A stretch of 64,000 bases of DNA. Origin: Salminus brasiliensis (taxonomy: Eukaryota). A program made the translations under genes and the position numbers. Numbering within the stretch: the stretch's first letter is position 1; every line of letters starts with the position of its first letter. The notes below the pieces were generated by a model. It had not been told where the DNA came from. It did no database searches and saw only the letters and a list, made by a program, of their open reading frames with translations. Shown piece after piece: positions 50,818 through 60,640 of the stretch. The stretch spans positions 19,601,786 through 19,665,785 of the forward strand of contig NC_132885.1 of the NCBI RefSeq assembly GCF_030463535.1. Reading direction: 5' to 3'.

Positions 50818-51262
50818 GCACTATATGGACAAAGGTATTGGGACACCTGCCCATTCATTGTTGCTTCTATAATCAAGGGTATTTAAAAAGATAATGTCTT
50901 GGAACATTGTAAGTTTTGGAACAAGAGTGTTAGTGAGTTCAAGGTGTTGGATGATCACCAGACCACCTCATCCCCAACTCATACCCCAACCCCAAAAGTA
51001 TTGGATGGAGCACATGGCAGAGAACACCATCCCACTTATCCATGGCTCAAGGGGGCTTCATACCCCTCTAGTCCACACCTGGCATTAGGCATGGTGCCAG
51101 AAGGTTCATGTTTATCTGCTCCTGAGTTCTGTTCTATTAACAGTACAACTGTACAAGAACTAGGCAAGCTGTGTGTGTGCATTTGCACATATGTGTCAGC
51201 AATGGGTGCAACTTAAAATAGCTGAATGAATTCATCAGAAGAGGTGTCCATAAACATTTGGA
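50818..51262. mobile_element. Complete copy of the non-autonomous Tc1-like family, inside ttf2 intron 13.
   Basis: The 5' end is cactatatggacaaaggtattgggacacctgcc... and the 3' end is ...gaagaggtgtccataaacatttggacatatagtgta, an imperfect TIR pair flanked by TA. It has no transposase ORF. Confidence 0.55.
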
Positions 51263-51363
51263 CATATAGTGTATGCTTCATTTATTTACTCTTTATTTTA
51301 TGACTAATTCAGCTTTAGGTGCAAGATGAGATTGTGTGAAGCCGTTAATGTGTGTGTCTGTAG

Positions 51364-51517
51364 GTTTTTGAGGTGCTCTCCCTTTGATGAATATAAGTTG
51401 TGGAAGGCTCAGGTAGACAATGGTTCAAAGAGAGGAGGAGAGAGACTTAACATCCTCACCAGGTCCCTGCTGCTCCGTAGGACCAAGAACCAGCTGGACT
51501 CCACAGGCAAGCCTTTG
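51364..51517 (+). CDS. ttf2: ttf2 exon 14 ([51 protein letters not shown]).
   Basis: Frame of ORF 51326..51601. The acceptor is gtgtctgtag| and the donor is TTG|gtgcgt. It matches human [51 protein letters not shown]. Confidence 0.9.
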
Positions 51518-51735
51518 GTGCGTATCAGTGGGCCATATACAGTCTTATTAAAAGTTCAGGCAGTGCTGGTCAAATTACATGTGTTTGTGATGAGTGAATA
51601 GAAGTTTACATTTTCCACAGAGAACATATTAAACATATTGCAAAAAAGGAGTAGCTAAACTTTTGCATAAAATTGTACACTAGTACTGTTGGCTAACACT
51701 GTACAACATATATCTATTGTGTTTTCCTGTGGTAG

Positions 51736-51827
51736 GTATCTCTGCCTGACAGAAGCTGTGAAATTCACAGAGTCAAGCTGTCTGAGGAAGAGCAGTCTGT
51801 TTATGATGTAGTATTTGCACAGTCCAG
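51736..51827 (+). CDS. ttf2: ttf2 exon 15 (VSLPDRSCEIHRVKLSEEEQSVYDVVFAQS.).
   Basis: The acceptor is tcctgtggtag| and the donor is CCAG|gtaaag. It matches human [30 protein letters not shown]. Confidence 0.8.
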
Positions 51828-51907
51828 GTAAAGTATTATGTTACGTTGGGACACACAGAGACCTACAGAATGTACAGAGTTCATCAGTGAGCTGTCCTCT
51901 TTTCCAG

Positions 51908-51987
51908 ATCCACCCTACAGTCCTACCTGAAAAGGCATGAAGGAGGAGACACTAAACAAGGAAACAGTGGCAACCCGTTTGAGAAAG
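51908..51987 (+). CDS. ttf2: ttf2 exon 16 (RSTLQSYLKRHEGGDTKQGNSGNPFEK.).
   Basis: The acceptor is ctcttttccag| and the donor is AAAG|gtgggg. It matches human ALQSYLKRHE...NNPF. Confidence 0.8.
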
Positions 51988-52739
51988 GTGGGGAAATTTT
52001 GTGTATAAAAAAAAAAAAAAGTGTCATTGGCTAGCAAGTATATTATTAATACAATAAAATCAGCGGCGGTTATAAAGTCTGCCACAACAGAATATTAAAA
52101 TGTAAGGGGGGGGGAAAACACAGGTTGGCCCTTAATGCACACATTTACCTTTTGCCAGTTAAGCTTCCATCAGTGTAAATATTGCAGTCCTTGCAGTCTG
52201 TAACTTTAATGTATTTGTGATGTTTTAAAAAACATTTTATGCCTGCTCTTCAGTAATTGCAATCAATCATACTGAAATTCTAAGGAGTGTTCAGCTCAAA
52301 TAGTTTTTTGAATGAAGCAAGATTCATGTAAGCCAATCAGAAAATAACTCTTTTACATAATCTGTTTGAAAGGTGCAGTAATCAAAATAGTATGTTGTAC
52401 ATCTAAGAGATAAAAGTGGAAAGTTAGTTAGGTCTGTTTTTGACACATAAAAGCCCACAAATGACATGAAATTGTATAATTTACAATACAACAGAATTAT
52501 CTAGGATATGGAACCTGTAAAGGTCAATTAGTAAAAGCAATTAGTAGTAGTGACTTTAGGAATTCTGGGATTTTGTAGAAATCTGGGGAATATTAAAATC
52601 CCCAGCTAGTAACACTAATAGTCATGGATGACACAACTTTTACATTAACAGGAGCTAGGTTTCTGTGTGTTGCCCTTTTCCTTGTTCTTTGACCTTTAGA
52701 GGATCACATGTTCTGTTTTTTGATGTTTGTGTGTTTTAG

Positions 52740-52876
52740 TTGCGCAGGAGTTTGGGATGTCCCAGCAGGAATCTCAGTCCTCAACTCAACACTCTCAGGG
52801 TTCCAGCACCATTCACATCCTGTCCCTGCTGCTGCGCCTCAGACAGTGCTGCTGCCACCTGTCTCTGCTTAAGAAG
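52740..52876 (+). CDS. ttf2: ttf2 exon 17 ([46 protein letters not shown]).
   Basis: The acceptor is gtgttttag| and the donor is GAAG|gtatat. It matches human [23 protein letters not shown]. Confidence 0.85.
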
Positions 52877-52936
52877 GTATATTTCTAACACCCAGACACG
52901 CCCTGTGCTCTCATGATCAGTTTCAGCATGTGCAGT

Positions 52937-52940
<4 letters not shown>

Positions 52941-53033
<93 letters not shown>

Positions 53034-53034
53034 A
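52941..53034. repeat. (TG)~46 microsatellite in ttf2 intron 17, ending about 22 nt upstream of the exon 18 acceptor.
   Basis: Perfect run ending ...gtgtgtgtttacag|ACG. Confidence 0.95.
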
Positions 53035-53058
53035 CAGACGCTGGATCAATCAGAGCTG

Positions 53059-53208
53059 CAAGGTGATGGGATAGCTCTGTCTTTGGAGGAGCAGTTGTGT
53101 GCTCTGTCTCTGTCTGAGCCCTCTGACTCCAACCACAAGGCCACCGTCTCCCTCAATGGCAGTCGCTTTCGTTCAGAACTCTTTGAGGAGAGTCGTGAGA
53201 GCACCAAG
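53059..53208 (+). CDS. ttf2: ttf2 exon 18 (TLDQSELQGDGIALSLEEQLCALSLSEPSDSNHKATVSLNGSRFRSELFEESRESTK).
   Basis: Frame of ORF 52930..53298. The acceptor ...(TG)n tttacag| lies directly 3' of a (TG)~46 microsatellite, and the donor is CAAG|gtgagc. It matches human ELKGEGLVLSLEEQLSALTLSE...TVSLNG..F..ELFEGMRESTK. The start coordinate is accurate to about 1 nt. Confidence 0.8.
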
Positions 53209-54136
53209 GTGAGCAAGAATTTTCAAATTTGTCATATTGTCCTCAAAAGTAAAAAGAGGGGACCACAAAGTGGAGATTACACAGAACAAATAAACTGAAT
53301 TTTTACCATCTGCAATTTTTTTTTTGTAATATTATTTTTATTTTTTATTTTTATTTTTTTTTGGCCATGATTAGAAAGTCATACTTATAAAGAAGTGATT
53401 CAGTGTGTCTTTAGGAATAATTCTTAAGCCACTAAGCTAGAGTGGATTCAGAAAGTATTGAGAGCCTTTTGCTTGCTGCACACTTGTTGTGTTGTGGATT
53501 TGATTCTAACTGGATTTTTACCCATCAGTCTACACTCACTCATAATGACCAAGTGTAACCATGTTTATAGAGAATTAAAAAAACAAAGAATTAGAATGGA
53601 AAACTGAATTCTCTTACAGTAGTATTCAGAGGCTTTATTTAATTCTTTGTAGAAGACCCTTAGTCAGCAGTTGCAAGTCCTCTTGCAAACCTGGATCTGG
53701 GCAATTTACCTTTTTCATGGCAGATTCTCTCAAGCCCTGTCGGATTGGATGGCAAGAGCCTGTGAACTGCCATCTTAAAGTCTCTCCACAGATGTTCAAT
53801 AGGGTTCTGCGACCAAAATCTTACTGCCACCTCTTTCAAGATAGTACAAGTACTGATTTCATTTTAAAGCAAGCCTTTTCAGGTAGTAGTTCATTCTGTC
53901 AAAAAAAGAAAATAAGACATGACACACAAAAACACCACTTCCTAGAGATGTGAAAGTCAGACAAAGAAATTAATGAGTGCAAACATTCTCATGACATGTT
54001 TTTTATTAATAGATTTAATCACAGATCTTTTTTTTTTTTTAAACTTCAAAACTTCTTATCTATAAAGATCTATAAAACTACCATCCCCTACTGCAGAGTT
54101 TTATTTGACGTTTCTGTTGTGTTTCTTTTTGTACAG

Positions 54137-54189
54137 ATTTCAGCCATTCTTTCAGAGTTACGAGAGATCCGTAAGAAAAATCAGAAAAG
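54137..54189 (+). CDS. ttf2: ttf2 exon 19 (ISAILSELREIRKKNQK.).
   Basis: Frame of ORF 53996..54379. The acceptor is tttttgtacag| and the donor is AAAG|gtacac. It matches human ISSLLAELEAIQRNSASQK. Confidence 0.8.
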
Positions 54190-54304
54190 GTACACCTCTC
54201 TGTTTATATACATTGTGGTTGGAGGGTGGGGGCTGAATTCAGACGTTAACTGCATGTTTAAAATTGCTTTCTTAGAAGTTTGGTTGTCTGGTGTCTGTTG
54301 GCAG

Positions 54305-54458
54305 TGTGATTGTGTCCCAGTGGACAAGTATGCTGCAGATTGTAGCAGTTCATTTGAAGAAGATGGGTGTGCACTTTGAGGTTATAGATGGCAAAGTCAA
54401 CCCAAAACGACGCATGGACCTGGTGGAGGAATTTAACACCAACCCTAAAGGACCACAG
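54305..54458 (+). CDS. ttf2: ttf2 exon 20 ([52 protein letters not shown]), the start of the helicase C-terminal domain.
   Basis: Frame of ORF 54291..54500. The acceptor is tctgttggcag| and the donor is ACAG|gtattt. It matches human [45 protein letters not shown]...GPQ. Confidence 0.9.
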
Positions 54459-54860
54459 GTATTTAGATACACCAGGAGGAATGAAGCTTCAGCGTTCTAG
54501 ACTGCATGATTCAAAAGTATATGGACACCCCTTGTAATTAGTGGATTTAGCTATTTTGGCCACATCTGTTGCCACTTTTAAACTACCTCTGGAAATAACA
54601 GAGGTAAAGAACTGTTCCTTGGGAGCTTCATAGACTTGGTTTTCATGGCTAAGTAGTAGTCCAAGATCACATATGCAGTATGCTAATGCTCATTGTTTTG
54701 GAATGAGATGTTCAGTAAGTACATATGGGTGTGAGATTCAGTTGGACCATGTTTAACTGCAATTGTGAGTAACTAAACAATAAATACCATTTACCTACTG
54801 ATAAGTTGATTAACTCTAAATTAATATGTGATTAAAAAGGAAACTGAATTTGTTCTACAG

Positions 54861-54943
54861 GTAATGCTGGTGTCTTTATGTGCTGGTGGAGTGGGCATTA
54901 ATCTGACTGGTGGAAACCATCTTTTCCTCATAGACATGCACTG
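54861..54943 (+). CDS. ttf2: ttf2 exon 21 ([27 protein letters not shown] + W partial).
   Basis: The acceptor is tgttctacag| and the donor is ACTG|gtgagc. It matches human [28 protein letters not shown]. Confidence 0.9.
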
Positions 54944-55082
54944 GTGAGCCCTTTAATAATGCAACTAGATCTCTAATACTTTAGCTGCAATTAGGATATT
55001 TTGATAATAAATTACTTAATTACTTTACAATGGATGCTTTGAAATAGATGTGGATATGTCTAAGCTGAAGTTGGATTTACAG

Positions 55083-55157
55083 GAACCCAGCACTGGAGGA
55101 CCAGGCCTGTGATAGAATCTATAGAGTGGGTCAGCGCCTGGACGTTACTATTCACAG
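55083..55157 (+). CDS. ttf2: ttf2 exon 22 ([24 protein letters not shown] + R partial), carrying SNF2 motif VI.
   Basis: The acceptor is tggatttacag| and the donor is ACAG|gtgagg. It matches human [25 protein letters not shown]. Confidence 0.9.
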
Positions 55158-55584
55158 GTGAGGGGTTGGCAGTAGTGAATAAGTAGTTAAGTTAAGTGCA
55201 GAGCACCACTATTATGAAGTACAAAAGCTAGTTGAGTGCTAATAGCACCTCCTTGTGAATAATCTTCAGCTTGCTTAAACGTTTTCACATCTTAACCAAA
55301 CAACTACATTAACCTTAACCATGCATTTCACATCCTGAAGAGAAGACTGAAGCATTGTAAAATGGCTTTATACAGTTATTGCAAGAAAGGGACACATGCC
55401 CAAATATCTGTATCTATATGTTTGTGTATTTTTGCTCAGCTAAACTTTGTGTGGTTTACCATCACAGGTGCCATGATCTAAGTTTATTTTTCAATCTCAA
55501 ACCCAAAAGCTTTTATTGTATAGCAAAACTCGAACTTGCTGTTCCAAAGCATTAATCGTCATCCTTTGGCTCTTTACTCTGTAG

Positions 55585-55729
55585 GTTTGTGTGTGAGGGC
55601 ACAGTTGAGGACAAGATCTCCTCTCTGCAGGAGAAAAAAAAAGAGCTTGCCCAGAAAGTCCTGTCTGGAACTGGCTCCTCCTTCACCAAACTCTCCCTTG
55701 CAGATCTTAGGGTCATCTTCGGTGTGTAA
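55585..55729 (+). CDS. ttf2: ttf2 exon 23, the terminal exon ([47 protein letters not shown]).
   Basis: The acceptor is ctttactctgtag| and the stop is TAA. It matches the human C-terminus [48 protein letters not shown]. The summed CDS is 3477 nt, giving 1158 codons, against about 1160 aa for human TTF2. Confidence 0.9.
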
Positions 55730-56300
55730 TGGAGATGCGTGAGCATACATTTAGAGGCTTAATATCCATTCCATACAACAATTAAAACATTCATGTAGTT
55801 CAAATTCTGTATTATGCATTGTAAACAGTTAAATACTAAAGTGGTTTCATACTGAGGGACTGCATGGAACTCATTTAATGAAAAATGCCTTATGTTAAAC
55901 TGCTGTGGCGTGTAATTGTGGTTACTTTGCCAAGGCTGGTGTTAACTAGACAACAGCACTCTATTTGATCATTACTATGGTAATGATAGTAATTCTTTTG
56001 ATCCAGAAGGGGTGCATGAATTCTGGTTGTTTACACTATACTTCACTGATGTATCCTTCTTCTTCTGTGTTTATTGGTGATGTATAAGGCTGAACAAATG
56101 GCTGTTTGCAAATACCTTACAGCTTTTTAAATACTGCTGGATAAAAGTGTCTAATAGTTAGAGCTGCTACACATCATAATGAAACTTTGCCTGATAATCT
56201 GCCATAATTATTTTTGTTGTTTGTTTGATTGTGTATTTTTTTTTGTGTGTGTATTTTTAAGGCACTTCAAACTTTGATTTTATAAATAAAACAAGTACTT
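55730..56300 (+). other. ttf2: ttf2 3' UTR with a candidate polyadenylation signal AATAAA near 56284-56292.
   Basis: It follows the TAA stop. An ATAAATAAAAC motif precedes a T/GT-rich stretch. The extent is uncertain. Confidence 0.35.
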
Positions 56301-56699
56301 GACACATGAGGCAAGACATCTTTATTTGCATTTTCTAATGAAAACAATAGAATAAAAAGCTGAACAACACAAACTAAGCACAATCTGAAAGAATGTTACA
56401 GGCGACATGTTAAACAGTCCAATTAAGCCTGGACAAAACACATATGAAAAGATCCCTTCATGCAGGAACAGGTTGTGGCTAAAGTGACTTTGCTGAAATA
56501 TCAGTGCAGCCTCAGTGTATTATTCAGAAATTACGCTCCTTAACTGAAATGGGAATGCTGTACAAAGCTAGTTTTGTTACCTTTCATTCACCACTTTCCA
56601 TAAAAATTTCCATAATATCTAAACCTAGCTTTGAATTTGAGTAAATCCATCTTTCAGAACTTTGCTGGGTCTTTTGCTTCCTCTTTGGCCAATTCTTTA

Positions 56700-57290
56700 A
56701 GTTCCAAGAAAGTTATCTGTCTCCTCCAGTACTTACTCCTCATAGACAGCTTTGTTAATAATTTTGTATCCTTTGCTTTTTGAATAGCACAGACCTAGTG
56801 TCCACAAAACAAATACCAGCCACAAGACAGCCAGTCCAGTGACCTTAAAACAGTATGTTTGGAAACAGGAAACAAATTTTTTGTCAGAGTAAAGCTAATA
56901 GTAGCTAAATTTGTGATGGTCTTTATTAATAGAATACTTACACGTCATAAACTGTTAGTATGTGTGATTGATGCAAATTCTTCACTTGTGGGCTCCTTCT
57001 TACAAGCTGGCTGCTCACTCCTAACCGTTATGTCTGATGATGTTGTTTCCAAGCACACCCAGCACTCTCTATCCAGCAATACTGGATTATCTGAATCTTC
57101 AAACAAATGTTGTCCGCCACAACAAGAATCAGGAATAAAATGAGGAAGGGTACAGTTATGTAGATCCCACAAAACCACTTGTTTTCCTCAGGGTCGCATA
57201 TACAGACAAACTCCACTTTGAAAATGTACTCAAAGGTAGCAAAAAACAAAGACACCGCCAGCCAATGCCAGCAGTTTTGACAGTGCATCA
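56700..57290 (-). pseudogene. CALHM-like copy A, a disrupted paralogue of copy B, with exon-1-like sequence at 56945-57290 and exon-2-like sequence at about 56700-56880.
   Basis: Two overlapping - strand ORFs (57028..57288 and 56945..57178) together cover the copy-B homologue but in different frames, so there is a frameshift between them. An in-frame TGA lies 2 codons before the conserved GTAAGT donor. The exon-2 homologue (VTGLAVLWLVFVLWTLGLCYSKSKGYKIINKAVYEE*) contains several stop codons. Confidence 0.55.
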
Positions 57291-57654
57291 GTGGAGAGTT
57301 CTGGATGGCTCATTGCTGCTGCTTAGACTGCAACCTGCCTATGAAATTGCTCACCCAGAGTGTGTTGGACACTTAGTGCTAATGGAAAAAAACGGGTGTA
57401 GAGGGAGGAGTCAGAACACAAGCTGCCTTCGCTACCTGTGTTTGGTCTTGGCCTGTTGGTGATCTTATTGTAAGGTAGATTTTTCATGGCTTTGTGGAAG
57501 CAATTTATGTTTTATGGAGATTATAAAAGTTAGTGCTTGTGTGTGAGGGAATCATTTTCAAGTGTATTAGCTTTTCTGAGGATGAGTGGTAAAATAAGCT
57601 GAGAGCTGATATGGAAAATGAATTTCAGAAATAATAACAGTGTTGTGGTACAAT

Positions 57655-57800
57655 GACGTTCATCATGTATCCATTGTTTAACACGGTTTCCATGATATTG
57701 CTTAGTGGTTGCTATTTTGTTGCTTAGTGGTTGCTTTGGTATTGCCAGTTGGTTACTATGGAATCCCAGGTGGTTGCTAGATGGTTGATTAGTGCTTACT
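57655..57800. repeat. Imperfect minisatellite of about 22 bp (ttgcttagtggttgctatt.gt, about 6 units).
   Basis: Repeated ggttgct.t...ttgc..gtggtt blocks. Confidence 0.7.
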
Positions 57801-59506
57801 AGATGAGTGTAATAGTATTGCAAGATGACTATTATGGTATATGTATACAGGTGGTTTTTATGGCGTTGCAAAGTGATATATGATATAGGTGGGTTTTTTG
57901 CTGGGTGGTTGCTATGGTGTTTCGTCTCCTACAAACAATGAAAAAAGCTTACAACTAAGCCCAAAACATCTATCTAACATCTATCTAGCTGGAACATCAA
58001 GTAATTACTGTGTGTGACCATATCCAAATAAACTTGCATATTATGATTTACATTTAGAAAAAAGAACTGACTGAAAAAGTCGCCTCAAACTTTGACTACC
58101 AGGACATAGATATACATCCAGGCCAGAATGATGTGTATTGACTCAAACTGCCTCCTTGTGGTTGAAGATAATATAGCGTGCTACTTATCTTGCCACAATT
58201 TGTCAGTGATTTTCTTTTCTCTTTCTCCTACCAGGGGTCAGGCGTCATTCACACATCATTTATTGATCTGTCTGAAAATCACTCATGGATACGTGTTGCT
58301 GGGTTGTTGTGGGTGAAGCTTAATGCAAGTGGGAAACTCTTTCAAACACAACGGCTCATAAGCAAAAAAACTAGATCTTCTCCTGCTGTATCTTTATAGC
58401 TGGATTGTGCAGCTCTGTGCATGAGCTGACAGCAGTTAGTAGTTTCTCTGCATTGCCATGCACTGGTGTCTGCTGTTTGTCTACACATACGTACAAAATT
58501 GTTCATGCAAATGTCACCTTAAGGCCTCAGTATATTTCCAGCAACACAAAGCTAACAAGGGCTGCTAAAAGTATACTGTAAGCAGTTGGTCTTTTTTGTT
58601 TGTTTGTTTGTTTGGTTTTTTTTGCAAGAATGTGTGTGTTAATAAAACCAGGCACTGGTATTGATTTGTAGGTTGTAGGCCATAGTTTATAAGTATTACT
58701 TTCAGATTCACTCACATGCATAACATCTGTTTTATGAACTGTCAAAATTATTTATTTATTAGTTATATATATTATATGTGTTTACCACACACACATTTAC
58801 TATAGCAGAATAGTACAAAGCTCAACTTGTGTGTGGTTCAGAAGGCCTCTCGTGCCCCAGTGTCTCTTGCTTCTTTCTGAGTACTGGATTGGCGCCCTCC
58901 TTCGTTTTGCCACAAGGAAGTGTGGTGTGTGAACGCTGCATAGGGGGTGATAAGCACCCGTCTGGCTGGTCAAAGCTGGTGCACCATTCTAAATGTTAAA
59001 CAGCACATTTTTGTCCTTTCTTCTACAACACCTCAGCAATGGAAAAATGTCTAGAAGCCTGAGAACTGAAATTGTGTTTTGTGAAATTTATGCAGAAAAT
59101 ATATTTTAGTGTTTGTTTAGGCTCAGGCTTGAGGGCCTTAATTTGATGTGATATGGATGTTAGTGAATTAGTGAGTCACTTGTATATGGTTTGATTTTAT
59201 AAACAATTTAAAAAAACTTGTAAATAAATGTAAATAATGGAAATAAATGTACCAAATGCAAACTGTAAAAACTTAAGAAACAAACATAGTTGAAGCAGTT
59301 AAAGCAGTTAAAGAACATTCAGGAAAACAGCCTAAACAATCAAATTAGGCCCAGACCAAATGCAAATTACATGAAGAGACATGTAGAGGCACTGAAATCC
59401 AGGTAGGATGGTTGAAAAAGGACACTCCAGTAGATGGTAGCAATACAGTGTTTCTAGACTGGCATTACACAGTTAGCTTTCATTCACCACCTCAGAATAA
59501 CATCAT

Positions 59507-59746
59507 CTAAACAGTATGAATGACTGGTTGCAGCTCGCATGTTATTTTTTTCAGTTGGTCCTTTACAGCGGACGTTGCTCTCTCTCTGGCCAGTTTTGTG
59601 ATTTCTTCTTGCAGAAGGTTCTCAGTCTCATTGAGCACATAGTCATCATAAAGAGACATATACATCTTGTGGCTTTTGAGTTTTGACCAGCATATGCCTA
59701 TTGTCCAAAGCATTAATACCAGAAACAGGAGACCCAATCCAAAGCC
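59507..59746 (-). CDS. CALHM-like copy B, coding exon 2 (GFGLGLLFLVLMLWTIGICWSKLKSHKMYMSLYDDYVLNETENLLQEEITKLARERATSAVKDQLKKITCELQPVIHTV*).
   Basis: ORF 59507..59770 on the - strand. The acceptor is ttttttaaag|GGC in phase 0, joining exon 1. It encodes a TM4-like helix plus a C-terminal helix as in CALHM proteins. The predicted protein is only about 229 aa. Confidence 0.5.
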   Translation of the reverse strand, partial: GFGLGLLFLVLMLWTIGICWSKLKSHKMYMSLYDDYVLNETENLLQEEITKLARERATSAVKDQLKKITCELQPVIHTV

Positions 59747-59900
59747 CTTTAAAAAAAGTATGAACAACACAATCTTAAGTTACCTAAGATGATATTAGTG
59801 AATAAGTGACTCTTTACAAGTGATACACTGCTGTACAGTCACATATAAATAATGATTCTTTGATGGATGATTTTTATTGGTTAAATATGAATTTACTTAC

Positions 59901-60350
59901 ACGTGAAATGTTTTTCCAGTCTATGATGGATGCAAATTCATCTCTGCTGGGCTTCTCTTTACAAGCTGGTTGCTCCCTCCTGACTGTTATGTTCCGTGAT
60001 GTTGTTTGAATGCAGACCAGCCAGTCTCCGTCCATCAGTGCTGTGACGATCCATAATGAGCCCACAGTCAAAACTCTCATGGCACGCTTATACACTGCAT
60101 AGGACTTACAGGAACATAAAACCTCAAAAAAGGTGTTGTCCACAATGACGAAAATTAGGGAAAAAATTAGGATTGGGGAAAGTATGTATAATAAGCAAAA
60201 CCATATGTTTGTTTTAGGGTCGCATGGACAAAGAAATTCCACTTTGAAAATGTACTGGAAGATAACAAAAAAGAAGAAAATGCCAAATGTACCACCAGCT
60301 GATGTCAAAAGTTTTATTAGCATGTCGGTGGAGAAGTCTGGATGTTTCAT
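59901..60350 (-). CDS. CALHM-like (calcium homeostasis modulator family) gene, copy B, coding exon 1 of 150 codons: MKHPDFSTDMLIKLLTSAGG...FQYIFKVEFLCPCDPKTNIWFCLLYILSPILIFSLIFVIVDN...LWIVTALMDGDWLVCIQTTSRNITVRREQPACKEKPSRDEFASIIDWKNISR.
   Basis: ORF 59874..60350 on the - strand. It carries the F.F.CPC.P motif followed by a TM2-like hydrophobic helix, and a LMDGDWLVC segment resembling CALHM1 ...TLLDGKCFLC.../...DGDWLL... The donor CGT|GTAAGT lies on the - strand at + strand position 59895-59900. Confidence 0.6.
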
Positions 60351-60479
60351 TGCTATTGCTCAGTCTGCAGCCTGCCTTGTGTTTTGTGAAAGTGGTGGTT
60401 GTGGAAAGGCAGCCTTGAGTATGAAGAAGCAACAACAGCAAAAGCCAGCTGATGTAAAAAAGGGAGGAGTCAGAACTGT

Positions 60480-60640
60480 AGGTTTGTGCATGAGACAAGG
60501 ACAGTCGAGGATAAGATCTCCTCTCTGCAGGAAAGCAAAAAGGAGCTGACTCCTCCTTCACCAAACTCACCCTCACAGATCTCATGACAGAGTCATCTTT
60601 TTGCCTAGATGTGTGAGCATACTGAGGGTCAGAGCATAGC
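60480..60640 (+). pseudogene. Degenerate duplicate of the ttf2 terminal exon and its flanks.
   Basis: The sequence ctgtaggtttgtgcatgagacaaggacagtcgaggataagatctcctctctgcaggaaagcaaaaaggagctgactcctccttcaccaaactcaccctcacagatctcatgaca... is about 80-85% identical to 55578-55735 (ttf2 exon 23), with an internal deletion of about 25 nt. Confidence 0.6.
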
